A stretch of DNA of 64,000 nucleotides, taken from Opitutales bacterium. GTDB taxonomy: Bacteria > Verrucomicrobiota > Verrucomicrobiia > Opitutales > UBA953. Of this stretch, positions 49,611 through 58,518 are shown one piece after another. The stretch spans positions 1,022 through 65,021 of the forward strand of contig QYQK01000012.1 in NCBI GenBank assembly GCA_007280935.1. Direction: 5' to 3'. The number at the start of each line of letters is the position of its first letter. The stretch's first letter is position 1. The notes under the pieces were generated by a model that had not been told where the DNA came from, did no database searches, and saw only the letters and a program-made list of their open reading frames with translations. The position numbers and the translations under genes are program-made.

Positions 49611-49633
49611 GATTCGTTGGACTAAGAGGGTTC

Positions 49634-51352
49634 TTAGTTGCCGGCCTTGTCGAGAAGGTCGCCGAGACTGTTGAAGTCTCCGCTGCTCGAACCGCCACCC
49701 ACCGAGCCACCCGCCGAAGGCGCCGGGGCGCCACCCGTGGATGGACCCTTGATGCGTTCGTAACTGGAGATTTCGGCCTGGAGACGTTCAGCGTCGTAGC
49801 TGGCGGCCTTGATCGAAAGACCGATGCGACGGTCTTCTTTGTCGATCTTGATGACGCGAGCCGTGACTTCCTGTCCGACCTTGACGATATCCTTGACGTT
49901 CTCAACGCGCTGTTCGGCGAGCTGGGAGACGTGGACAAGGCCGTCGATTTCGTCGGAGAGTTCGATGAAGGCACCGAAGTTTGCCACCTTGGAAACCTTG
50001 CCGGTGACGAGGTCGCCGATGCGGAACTTGCGGTCGATTTCGCTCCATGGATCGGTCTGGGTCTGTTTGACGCCCAGGGAGATGCGCTGTTGATCGACAT
50101 CGACATCGAGCACGATCGCTTCGACGTCGTCGCCCTTCTTCATGACTTCCGCCGGGTTGTTGATGCGGCGGGTCCAGCTCATGTCGGAAACGTGCACCAT
50201 GCCATCGATGCCATCTTCGAGTTCGACGAAGGCACCGTAGTTGGTGAGGTTGCGCACCTTGCCGCGGACGCGAGCGCCCACAGGGTAGTTGTGACGAACC
50301 TTTTCCCAGGGATTGGTTTCGAGCTGGCGGATACCGAGCGAGATCTTCTGCTCTTCCTTGTTAACGTTAAGGATGACGGCATCCACTTCCTGACCGACCT
50401 TAAGGATGTCGGAAGGCTTCTGGACGCGCTTGGTCCAAGAGAGTTCCGAAACGTGGACGAGGCCTTCGACGCCGCCTTCGATTTCGATGAAGGCACCATA
50501 GGCGACGAGATTGACGACCTTGCCGTGGACTTTCTGGCCCACAGGGTAACGCTTCTCGATACCTTCCCAAGGATTGGCTTGGGTCTGCTTGAGGCCGAGG
50601 GAAACGCGTTCTCGCTCGCGGTCGACTTCCACCACCATGACGGTGATTTCTTCGCCCACTTTGACGACTTCGCTTGGGTGGCCGATACGGCCCCAGCTCA
50701 TGTCGGTCACGTGCAGCAAGCCGTCGAGACCGTCGAGGTCCACGAAGGCGCCGTAATCGGTGATATTCTTGACCACACCACGACGAATCGTGCCGGGTTT
50801 GACTTCTTCGAGAAGCTTGCGACGGCTTTCGCCGCGTTGTTCTTCGATGAGTTCGCGACGGGAGACGACGAGGTTCTTCTTATCTTTGTTAATCTTGATA
50901 ATCTTGAAGTCGAAGGTCTGGCCCACGAACTGTTCGAGATTCTTCGGAGGATTAACGTCGATCTGGGACGACGGCATGAAGGCGTCGACGCCCACGGAGA
51001 CGATGAGTCCGCCTTTGACGATGGACTTGACGCGACCTTGGACGATGGAGCCTTCTTGGCAATTGGCTTCGATGCTTTCCCATTTGCGGATCTGTTGGGC
51101 GCGATCGTAAGAGACGGAAGGGGTGCCATCCTTATTTTCAAGCTTTTCGAGGTAGACTTCGATCTGCATGCCGACTTGGACTTCGGCCATATCAGGGAAT
51201 TCGCCCTGAGGGATGAAGCCTTCGGACTTACCATTGATATCGACGACGACGAATTTGTCTTCGCGGATTTCGGTCACGGTAGCGTGAATGACCGAGTGTG
51301 CTTTGAGCGCGCCGAAATTAGAATCGGCGAGCAGTTTTTCCATGATGCTCAT
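49634..51352 (-). CDS. rpsA: 30S ribosomal protein S1
   Basis: ORF 49634..51979. The ATG at 51352 gives MSIMEKLLADSNFG and six S1 repeats. The upstream 209 codons of the ORF overlap the amidase gene and are low-complexity. Confidence 0.95.
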   Translation of the reverse strand: MSIMEKLLADSNFGALKAHSVIHATVTEIREDKFVVVDINGKSEGFIPQGEFPDMAEVQVGMQIEVYLEKLENKDGTPSVSYDRAQQIRKWESIEANCQEGSIVQGRVKSIVKGGLIVSVGVDAFMPSSQIDVNPPKNLEQFVGQTFDFKIIKINKDKKNLVVSRRELIEEQRGESRRKLLEEVKPGTIRRGVVKNITDYGAFVDLDGLDGLLHVTDMSWGRIGHPSEVVKVGEEITVMVVEVDRERERVSLGLKQTQANPWEGIEKRYPVGQKVHGKVVNLVAYGAFIEIEGGVEGLVHVSELSWTKRVQKPSDILKVGQEVDAVILNVNKEEQKISLGIRQLETNPWEKVRHNYPVGARVRGKVRNLTNYGAFVELEDGIDGMVHVSDMSWTRRINNPAEVMKKGDDVEAIVLDVDVDQQRISLGVKQTQTDPWSEIDRKFRIGDLVTGKVSKVANFGAFIELSDEIDGLVHVSQLAEQRVENVKDIVKVGQEVTARVIKIDKEDRRIGLSIKAASYDAERLQAEISSYERIKGPSTGGAPAPSAGGSVGGGSSSGDFNSLGDLLDKAGN

Positions 51353-51590
51353 TGTGTTTTGACTGTTTCTCCTGGTCGTCGCGAGCGACGGTTCCAGGGT
51401 TTGGTTGTGGTTGTGGTTTTCCCTAAGGAGAGTCCGCTGACAGGTGCCAGAGGGCCGAAAGGAAGATTGAACGAACCGTCCGACAGGGGGGCTGGCAAGC
51501 CGATTATAGGCAGAAATCAGACCGCAAGGGATTTCGGGTGCGACCAGCTTCTGCCGCTTTACCGGTTTCGCCCATTTTAGGCTTAAAAGA

Positions 51591-52616
51591 CTACTGTTTG
51601 CTCTGCAGTCGTTGCGCGTAGTCGCTAATCCCCGCCGCCACTGCTTCAGCAATTTTTTGGCGATAGGCCGGATTGGCGATCTGCGCGCCTTCACTTTTAC
51701 TCGAAATGAACCCTCCCTCGACCAGCACCCCGGGGCAGTTGAGCGTCCGGAGGACGGCGAAACGTGCCCGCCGAACCCCCCGGTCTTCCGCACCGGTGCC
51801 GGCGATGATTTTGCGCTGGATGCTCCAGGCCAACTGCAGGTTAAAGGCGTCGAAGCGATTGCCGGCCTCTGTGGAGGTGTCTGCTTTGCCTCCGGCGGCG
51901 TTCGTCGAACGTTGGCCGGCCGGGCTGAGGCAATAGGTCTCGATGCCGGAACTGTTCGTATCTCCTTTGGCCCCGCCATTGTAATGGAGGCTCACGAAAA
52001 GATCGGCTTTATTTTTGATGGCCATGGGCGCACGCTGATCGAGTTCAATCGCGACGTCTTTTTCGCGGGTCAAGATCACATCGAAGCCGAGCTTATCGAG
52101 AATAAGTTTCAATCGGATGGCGGTATCGAGCGTCGCGGCTTTTTCGTTGTATTTGAGCGCAGCATTCTGTTTGCCGGGGTCTTTGCCTCCGTGTCCTGGG
52201 TCGATGATGATTCGCTTCGTGCCGGGCATTGGGGTGGGTAGCTTCCAATAAAGCGGGACCAAAATCTTTTCATAATCCAACCGCGAGACGGTGAGTTTGC
52301 CATGCGCCAGGCCGACGGTTTCGTTCAGGTATAACTTAATGCCGTCGACCCAAAGGTAATCGCGGTTCCTCTCGGCGTAGAGTCCGATGCCGCCTTTGGC
52401 CCCATGGCGCTCGGCTTCGGCGGGGTCGCCTTTCTTTTGCTCTAATTCGTGAAGGCCAAGTTGGCGCAAGGAATCACCGAGGTAAATGTCACCGCTCGCC
52501 GCCAGTGCCGTCCCGGCGCAAAACACCAAGAGGGCAGAACTGCTCAATAGGTTGGCGACCAGGTGTCGCACAAAATTATTCCGCGTCGTTCTCGCCGTTA
52601 TCCACCGAGGAGTCAT
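51591..52616 (-). CDS. N-acetylmuramoyl-L-alanine amidase (Amidase_3)
   Basis: ORF 51591..52799. The start is uncertain: either the ATG at 52616, which overlaps infC by 41 nt, or the GTG at 52571, 4 nt after the infC stop, which gives a 27-aa signal peptide. Motifs are IIIDPGHGGKDPG, LFVSLHYNG and VLVEGGFIS. Confidence 0.85.
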   Translation of the reverse strand: MTPRWITARTTRNNFVRHLVANLLSSSALLVFCAGTALAASGDIYLGDSLRQLGLHELEQKKGDPAEAERHGAKGGIGLYAERNRDYLWVDGIKLYLNETVGLAHGKLTVSRLDYEKILVPLYWKLPTPMPGTKRIIIDPGHGGKDPGKQNAALKYNEKAATLDTAIRLKLILDKLGFDVILTREKDVAIELDQRAPMAIKNKADLFVSLHYNGGAKGDTNSSGIETYCLSPAGQRSTNAAGGKADTSTEAGNRFDAFNLQLAWSIQRKIIAGTGAEDRGVRRARFAVLRTLNCPGVLVEGGFISSKSEGAQIANPAYRQKIAEAVAAGISDYAQRLQSKQ

Positions 52617-53247
52617 CTTCGCCGTCTTCGTCTCCGGGCATTTCATTGTGCACGAGTTTACGCTTGTTCTGTTGGACGGGGGTGAGGCCGACGACGATAG
52701 CCCGGCCGCTGCGCTTGGGCTCGTTGTCCCGGGTGCAGATGTGCGACAGCTCGTTGATGGCCCGGGTGATCGTATCGACGCCGATTTCCGGATGTTCAAG
52801 CTCGCGGTAACGATACTGCAAAAGGAGTTTAACCTTATGGCCGTGGTAGAGGAAGTTTTCGGCCCGGCGCACCTTGATCATCAGGTCATGAACGTCGATA
52901 CGTGGACGGAGTTTTACTTCCTTCACCTTCGTCGTGGCCTTCTGGTGCTTATGTTTCTTGGCCTCTTCGTAAAGGTACTTGCCGTACTCCATCAGTTTGC
53001 AGACCGGCGGCACCGCGGTGGCCGCGATTTCGATAAGGTCGACGCCGAGTTCGCGGGCGAGCTCGATGGCCCGTGCCGTCTGCATGACGCCGAGCATATC
53101 ACCCTTCGGTGAAATCACGCGGACTTCAGTCGCCCGGATGCGATCGTTGCGCTTAGGGCCTTTGTCCTCTTTGCGGAAGTTTCCGCGGGGTGGGGCCGAC
53201 TTATTGGGTTTGGGCCGGGGACTGTTAGGACGATAGGGCGTAGCCAT
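52576..53247 (-). CDS. infC: Translation initiation factor IF-3 with an extended basic N-terminus and an acidic C-terminal tail
   Basis: 223-aa ORF with an ATG start. The IF-3 core is IRATEVRVISPKGDMLGVM...GVDLIEIAATAVPPVCKLMEYGKYLYE. The C-terminal tail is PGDEDGEDDSSVDNGENDAE. Confidence 0.9.
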   Translation of the reverse strand: MATPYRPNSPRPKPNKSAPPRGNFRKEDKGPKRNDRIRATEVRVISPKGDMLGVMQTARAIELARELGVDLIEIAATAVPPVCKLMEYGKYLYEEAKKHKHQKATTKVKEVKLRPRIDVHDLMIKVRRAENFLYHGHKVKLLLQYRYRELEHPEIGVDTITRAINELSHICTRDNEPKRSGRAIVVGLTPVQQNKRKLVHNEMPGDEDGEDDSSVDNGENDAE

Positions 53248-53348
53248 TAGGTAACTTCAGATGTGTCTCGCCTATAAACTCTTTGTTTCAGGCCCTTGGT
53301 TCAAGCACCGATTATCTCTAGGGCTTTTCCTCAGGTCGGAACCGGATT

Positions 53349-53825
53349 TTATTTCAGGCCCGCAATCGCCTCAAGCAACTGTCGCCCATGGGTCGCGGCT
53401 TCGACTTTGGGGACGATTGCAATCAGCTTGCCCTTCCTGTCAAAAAGGTAGGCGGCCCGTGCTGGGCCCAGATACTTTTTGCCGTACATGGATTTCTCCA
53501 CAATCCCGTCGACGGCTTTGGCAAACAAATCGTCAGGGTCCGATACCAGGTCGAACTTGTAGCCGTGCTTGGCGGCATATTTAGCGTGGGAGGCGCACGT
53601 GTCTCGGGAGACGGATATAATTTTAAACCCTTGTTTAGCAATGGCTTGCATATTTTTATCCAGCTCAGCGGTCTGGACGTCACAGGAGGAGGTATTGTTG
53701 CGCATATAGACCGAAACAAGGGTGGGCCCCTCGATTAGCTCGCCAAAGGGAACTTCCTCGGTTTTCCCGGTTCGATGGGCTTGAACTTTGAACTTAAGAT
53801 TCGGCTTTTTTCCTAATGAAATCAT
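53349..53825 (-). CDS. Peroxiredoxin, Bcp-like (AhpC/TSA family)
   Basis: 158-aa ORF. The pattern VSVYMRNNTSSCDVQ...IISVSRDT...KFDLVSDPDD...RAAYLFDRKGKL matches the Bcp layout, with a single peroxidatic Cys candidate. Confidence 0.65.
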   Translation of the reverse strand: MISLGKKPNLKFKVQAHRTGKTEEVPFGELIEGPTLVSVYMRNNTSSCDVQTAELDKNMQAIAKQGFKIISVSRDTCASHAKYAAKHGYKFDLVSDPDDLFAKAVDGIVEKSMYGKKYLGPARAAYLFDRKGKLIAIVPKVEAATHGRQLLEAIAGLK

Positions 53826-53999
53826 GTTTTTAAAGGTTTTAAGGTGAGATTAAGGGGGAGGCGGATCTGCTCATTTGTCAAATGGCTGAGTGACTCAACG
53901 GGGCCATGAATTACAGGAATCGTACGAACAAAGGCTTGGGCCAGCCCTTTCCCCTTTACAAGTCACCCCAGAGTCCCTTTGTTCCGACCCTTTCCCGCC

Positions 54000-54191
54000 A
54001 TGCAAAAGACCCGCAAGTCCATCTCCAAGCGCTTCAAGGTAACCGGAACCGGCAAAGTGATGCGCCGCTCCCCTAACGGACGTCACTTGCTGAGTGCCAA
54101 GTCCCGTAAGCAACGCCGCCGTGCCAACAAGTCTAAGCGCGTCGACTCCGGCTTCGAGAAGAACATGCTGGCTTCGATGCCTTTCGCGTAA
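54000..54191 (+). CDS. rpmI: 50S ribosomal protein L35
   Basis: ORF 53979..54191. The ATG at 54000 gives MQKTRKSISKRFKVTGTGKVMRR. Confidence 0.9.
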   Translation: MQKTRKSISKRFKVTGTGKVMRRSPNGRHLLSAKSRKQRRRANKSKRVDSGFEKNMLASMPFA

Positions 54192-54276
54192 AGCGGCGGC
54201 TATAATTTTTGGCCGACCGGGTGTTCATTAAGGCGACCCCCAGGCCATCTAAACCCAATAAACACAACATACCAAC

Positions 54277-54633
54277 ATGCCTAGAGCAACCAACGGTCCA
54301 GCCACTAAGGCGCGCAAGCGTCGTATGATTAAAGCGGCTAAGGGCTATTTCGGAAATAAATCACGCCTGTACGTCTACGCCCTCGAGGCCGTACAGCGTG
54401 CTCAGAAGTTCGCTTACCGCGACCGTCGGAAGAATAAGTCGACCTTCCGCCAATTGTGGATCGTCCGTCTGAACGCTTCCTGCCGTCCTCTCGGTATCTC
54501 TTACAGCCGTCTGATCGCTGGCCTCAAAAAGGCTAACATCACCATGGACCGTAAGAATCTGAGCGAGCTGGCGATTCACGACATGCCGGCCTTCGAGGCC
54601 ATCGTGAACAAGGCCAAAGCCGCCCTCGCCTGA
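54277..54633 (+). CDS. rplT: 50S ribosomal protein L20
   Basis: 118-aa ORF with MPRATNGPATKARKRRMIKAAKGYFG...LNRKNLSELA-type sequence. Confidence 0.95.
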   Translation: MPRATNGPATKARKRRMIKAAKGYFGNKSRLYVYALEAVQRAQKFAYRDRRKNKSTFRQLWIVRLNASCRPLGISYSRLIAGLKKANITMDRKNLSELAIHDMPAFEAIVNKAKAALA

Positions 54634-54659
54634 GTTAACGGTTAATCCGTCCCTCTTTC

Positions 54660-54690
54660 GAAGCCCCGGCCCTCCGGGGCTTCTTTGTTT
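54660..54690 (+). terminator. Intrinsic terminator or attenuator after rplT
   Basis: The hairpin GAAGCCCCGG-ccct-CCGGGGCTTC (54660-54683) is followed by TTTGTTT, 27 nt after the rplT stop and upstream of pheS. Confidence 0.7.
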
Positions 54691-54739
54691 CTGGGTGCTT
54701 TCGCTTGCCGACTTTCCCCGCCAACACACAAATCTATCT

Positions 54740-55780
54740 ATGCAGCAGCAGCTCGTCCAACTCGTCGCCGCCGCGACCCAAGAGGCTTCCAGCGTTTCGA
54801 CCCGCGCGGAGATGGAAGCGTTCAAGGCCCGGGTCGTCGGTCCGAACGGCTCCTTGACTCACGTGATGAAAGGCATGGCGACGCTTTCGAAAGAAGATCG
54901 GCCCGTGGTCGGTAAGCTCATCAACGAAGCCAAGAAAGCCGTCGAAGAGTTGCTCGCGGCCCTGCAGGTTAAAATCGAAGAGTCCGAAATCGCCGGCGCC
55001 TTGGGTGCGCCCCTCGATTCGACGTTGCCCAGTCCGGACGCCCCCGCCGGCTCCCTGCACCCGCTGAGCCGTACCCGCGAAAAGATTCTCAGCACCTTGC
55101 GCAAATTAGGTTTCACGGTCGCCGAAGGTCCCGAGGTCGAAACGGAGTGGCATTGTTTCGACGCCCTTAATACGCCGGCCGATCACCCAGCCCGGGATAT
55201 GCAGGATACGCTCTATCTCCCCAAATCTTTTCGCTCCGCCGATGCGCCGCGCAAGGGCGAGGAGGCGATCTTACTTCGTACGCATACCTCCAGCGTCCAG
55301 GTGCGCACGATGCTTTCACGTAAACCTCCTTTCCGGATCGTCGCCCCCGGGCGTTGTTTCCGCCGCGATGCGGTCGACGCCACCCACTCAGCCAATTTCC
55401 ATCAGGTCGAAGGTCTCTGGATCGATCGCAACGTGACGCTGGCCGATCTCCGCGGCGTCCTTGACTTCTTCGTGAAGGAAACTTTCGGCCCAGAGGCAGA
55501 GATTCGTCTCCGTCCTTCTTTCTTCCCTTTCACGGAGCCGAGTTTCGAGATGGATCTGCGCTCACCTAATCTCGGCCGTCTTTCCAATCGCTGGCTCGAA
55601 ATTATGGGCTGCGGTCTCGTCGACCCCAAGGTACTCGAGCTCTGTGGTTTGGACCCGAAAGAATGGTCGGGCCTCGCTTTCGGTCTTGGGCTGGAACGCA
55701 TCGCGATGCTGGTCCACGGCATCGATGATATCCGCCTATTTTATAATAACGATACGCGCTTCCTGCGCCAGTTCGCCTAA
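54740..55780 (+). CDS. pheS: Phenylalanine--tRNA ligase alpha subunit
   Basis: ORF 54695..55780 with an ATG at 54740. It has HPARDMQDT, FRIVAPGRCFRRD and FPFTEPS motifs. Confidence 0.95.
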   Translation: MQQQLVQLVAAATQEASSVSTRAEMEAFKARVVGPNGSLTHVMKGMATLSKEDRPVVGKLINEAKKAVEELLAALQVKIEESEIAGALGAPLDSTLPSPDAPAGSLHPLSRTREKILSTLRKLGFTVAEGPEVETEWHCFDALNTPADHPARDMQDTLYLPKSFRSADAPRKGEEAILLRTHTSSVQVRTMLSRKPPFRIVAPGRCFRRDAVDATHSANFHQVEGLWIDRNVTLADLRGVLDFFVKETFGPEAEIRLRPSFFPFTEPSFEMDLRSPNLGRLSNRWLEIMGCGLVDPKVLELCGLDPKEWSGLAFGLGLERIAMLVHGIDDIRLFYNNDTRFLRQFA

Positions 55781-55783
55781 GCC

Positions 55784-58219
55784 ATGAAAGTCTCGCTCCA
55801 AGCCCTTGCCCGTCACGTCGAACTCGCCGGCGTCACGCCCGAACGTCTCGCGGATATCCTCCCGATGCTCGGTCTCGAGGTCGAATCAATCCAATCTTTT
55901 GGTCTCTCGCCTTTGCCTCTCGTGGTAGTAGGCGAAATTCTTTCTTTCGAAAAACACCCGAAGGCTGATCGGCTCAGTGTTTGTCAGGTCGACGTTGGTG
56001 ATGGTGCTCCGCGCCAGATCGTCTGCGGCGCCAAGAATTTCAAGGCCGGTGACCGAGTGCCCGTGGCTTTGCCCGGCACGCTGATGCCTGGCGGTTTTGA
56101 GATCAAGGTCTCCAAGCTTCGCGATGTCGATTCGATGGGGATGATGTGCTCGGCAGAAGAACTGGGCTTAGGAAAGGGCGAGGACGGTCTGTTAATCTTG
56201 ACCCCGCGCAAGCCAGCCCTCGGTACACCGCTTAATCAACTCTATGGTGCGCCGGATACGGTCTTAGATATTTCCGTAACGCCAAACCGTGGCGATTGTC
56301 TTGGCTTGCGTGGCCTGGCTCGGGATATCGCGGCCGCGTTGAGTCTGCAGCTTAAGCCGCTGTCAATCAAGACGGCCGCCGGACTGGCCTCCGCACCTTC
56401 TGCTCAGGATGGTTTCAAGTTCGTCCGTTCGTCATCCGAGTTCTGTCCTTATTACACGTTGCGCACTTTGCGGAATGTCAAAGTCGGCCCGAGTCCGGAA
56501 TGGATGCGTCGCGACCTCGAGGCCGCCGGTCTCCGCCCGATTAATAATGTCGTCGATATCACCAATTGGGTGCTGCTCGAACTTGGTCAGCCCTTACACG
56601 CTTTTGACGCCAAACAGGTGCGCGCAGGGATCGAAGCCCGTCCCGCTCGCGAAGGTGAAGAAATCGTCCTGCTCGACGGCAAGAAGGTGAAACTTGAAAC
56701 GGGTATCTGCGTCATCGCCGATGCGGAACGCCCGTTGGTTGTCGCCGGCGTGATGGGTGGCATCGAATCCGGCGTGTCACCAACGACGACGGATATTCTT
56801 TTAGAGTCCGCTTGGTTCCGGCCCGGCGAAATTCGCCGCGTCGCCCGGCGCTTAGGTGTGTCCACCGATTCTTCTCACCGTTTTGCCCGCGATGTGGATC
56901 CAGCGGGCGTCGAGCTGGCTTCGCGTCTCGCGACCGATTTGCTTATCGAGTACGCGGGCGCTCAAGTCGTCGGGCCAGCCGTCGCGGTTGGGCAGACACC
57001 TCGCACCGATGTGGCCATCGAACTTCCCGCCGGGTACGTCGCCGCCAAACTCGGTACGGTCATCGTTGAATCGGAAATTACTGCCGCTTTCACTCGCTTA
57101 GGTTTTACGGTCAAGCCAAGTGCGCACGGTCTTTCAGTCATCGTTCCGTCTTTCCGTTCCGACGTCACGCGGCCCATCGATCTGGTGGAGGAGTTTGTCC
57201 GCATCTACGGAACTGATAAGCTGCCCGTCGGCCGGCCAGTCGCGCCGTTGCCCGGCGAAGAGGACGCTTTGTCTTCGGTCTTTACGCGTGAAGTTTCGAT
57301 GCGTCTGGCGGGTGCTGGTTTCACCGAATGTTGCCATTACTCTTTGCGTGATGCCGCCGAATTGGAACGCACGCTCGGCGCCGATAAGGCCGCAGCCCTT
57401 GCCTTGGATAATCCTCTGACCGCTGATCAGACGCACCTGCGCGCTTCGCTGTTGCCTGGGCTGGCTGGCGCGCTCGCTCTCAATCTATCCGTCCATGCTG
57501 ACCCGCAGGGTCTTTTCGAGGTCGGGACGGTTTTTCGTCCGCAGGCGGATGGCACGGTTCGCGAGTTCATCTCCGTGGCTTTTACCGCTCTCGCTGAACC
57601 CGTCGTGCGTTCTTGGAAATCGCGCGAAGCCTTTGACGGGTTGCGTGCCAAACGCTTGCTCCAAGATGTGGCCGCCCTTGCTGGCGTCTCTGCCGTACGC
57701 CTTTCTTTCGGTCCCGCATCGAGTGGTCTTTGGCAGGCCAACCATGCCGCGGCCCTCGCGGATCGCGGCCGGACCGCCGAAGGCGCTTGTGGCATCCTTG
57801 ACCTACGCTGGACGCGTCTGATCGGAATCAAAGGTTCGGTCGTGGCCGGAGAAGTCATCTTCCCGCGTTCGGCATTCGCTGAAACCCGGAAGATCCCGCG
57901 CTACGAGGCTTTCTCTTCTTTCCCACCGGTAACCAAGGATGTAGCCGTGGTCGTCCCCGTGGGAATCGCGGCCTCCGAAGTCGAGAGCCGTGTCCGCCAA
58001 GGCGCTACGAAGGCCGCTGGCAAAGAGTTTGTCCTCGAGTCGGTCAACTGTTTTGACGTCTTTAGTGGCGCCGGGCTGCCCGAAGGATGCCGGAGTCTGG
58101 CTTTTGAAATCCGCTGGCGCCACGCCTCGCGCACCCTCACCGACGAAGAGACTAATCAGGCTCTGGGCGTCGTCATCGCTTCGCTTGAAAAGGGCGCGGG
58201 TTGGACCGTCCGCCGCTGA
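55784..58219 (+). CDS. pheT: Phenylalanine--tRNA ligase beta subunit
   Basis: 811-aa ORF. It has an N-terminal tRNA-binding domain (VVVGEILSFEKHPKADRLSVCQVDVG) followed by B3/4, B5 and FDX-ACB-like regions. Confidence 0.95.
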   Translation: MKVSLQALARHVELAGVTPERLADILPMLGLEVESIQSFGLSPLPLVVVGEILSFEKHPKADRLSVCQVDVGDGAPRQIVCGAKNFKAGDRVPVALPGTLMPGGFEIKVSKLRDVDSMGMMCSAEELGLGKGEDGLLILTPRKPALGTPLNQLYGAPDTVLDISVTPNRGDCLGLRGLARDIAAALSLQLKPLSIKTAAGLASAPSAQDGFKFVRSSSEFCPYYTLRTLRNVKVGPSPEWMRRDLEAAGLRPINNVVDITNWVLLELGQPLHAFDAKQVRAGIEARPAREGEEIVLLDGKKVKLETGICVIADAERPLVVAGVMGGIESGVSPTTTDILLESAWFRPGEIRRVARRLGVSTDSSHRFARDVDPAGVELASRLATDLLIEYAGAQVVGPAVAVGQTPRTDVAIELPAGYVAAKLGTVIVESEITAAFTRLGFTVKPSAHGLSVIVPSFRSDVTRPIDLVEEFVRIYGTDKLPVGRPVAPLPGEEDALSSVFTREVSMRLAGAGFTECCHYSLRDAAELERTLGADKAAALALDNPLTADQTHLRASLLPGLAGALALNLSVHADPQGLFEVGTVFRPQADGTVREFISVAFTALAEPVVRSWKSREAFDGLRAKRLLQDVAALAGVSAVRLSFGPASSGLWQANHAAALADRGRTAEGACGILDLRWTRLIGIKGSVVAGEVIFPRSAFAETRKIPRYEAFSSFPPVTKDVAVVVPVGIAASEVESRVRQGATKAAGKEFVLESVNCFDVFSGAGLPEGCRSLAFEIRWRHASRTLTDEETNQALGVVIASLEKGAGWTVRR

Positions 58220-58224
58220 TCGCC

Positions 58225-58515
58225 ATGGCTGAAGGTTTCGACATCGACCATCTTGCGAAACTCGCCCGTCTGAATCTGACGGCCGCGGAGAAGGTGCTTT
58301 ATTCGTCGCAGCTCACTCAGATCCTGGGCCATTTTCAGGCCTTGGCTAAAGCCGACCTGCCCGAGACGATTGATCTGGCTCGGGTAGTTTCCGAATCAGC
58401 TCTGCGCTCCGATGAGCCGGGTCCGGTGCTGGGCGCCGAAGCCGTCACCCGCATCGCCCCCGCCTCACGCGATGGGCAGATTTCCGTCCCGCGCGTCGTG
58501 GACGACGAAGCCTAA
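58225..58515 (+). CDS. gatC: Asp/Glu-tRNA amidotransferase subunit C
   Basis: ORF 58201..58515. The ATG at 58225 lies 5 nt after the pheT stop. It has IDHLAKLARLNLTAAEK. Confidence 0.9.
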   Translation: MAEGFDIDHLAKLARLNLTAAEKVLYSSQLTQILGHFQALAKADLPETIDLARVVSESALRSDEPGPVLGAEAVTRIAPASRDGQISVPRVVDDEA

Positions 58516-58518
58516 GCC

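Noticed and set aside
49931-51580. 549-aa ORF on the plus strand, the longest unexplained ORF in the track
   Set aside because: It is entirely antisense to rpsA. Its translation is low-complexity and repetitive (DEGT/FDEG/HV patterns) and mirrors the six S1 repeats. This is the typical stop-free antisense frame of a GC-rich, codon-biased gene.
51353-51979. 209-codon N-terminal extension of the rpsA ORF (781 aa in the track)
   Set aside because: The extension is R/S/P/A-rich junk and overlaps the amidase gene on the same strand. The ATG at 51352 gives a canonical S1 N-terminus and a normal S1 length.
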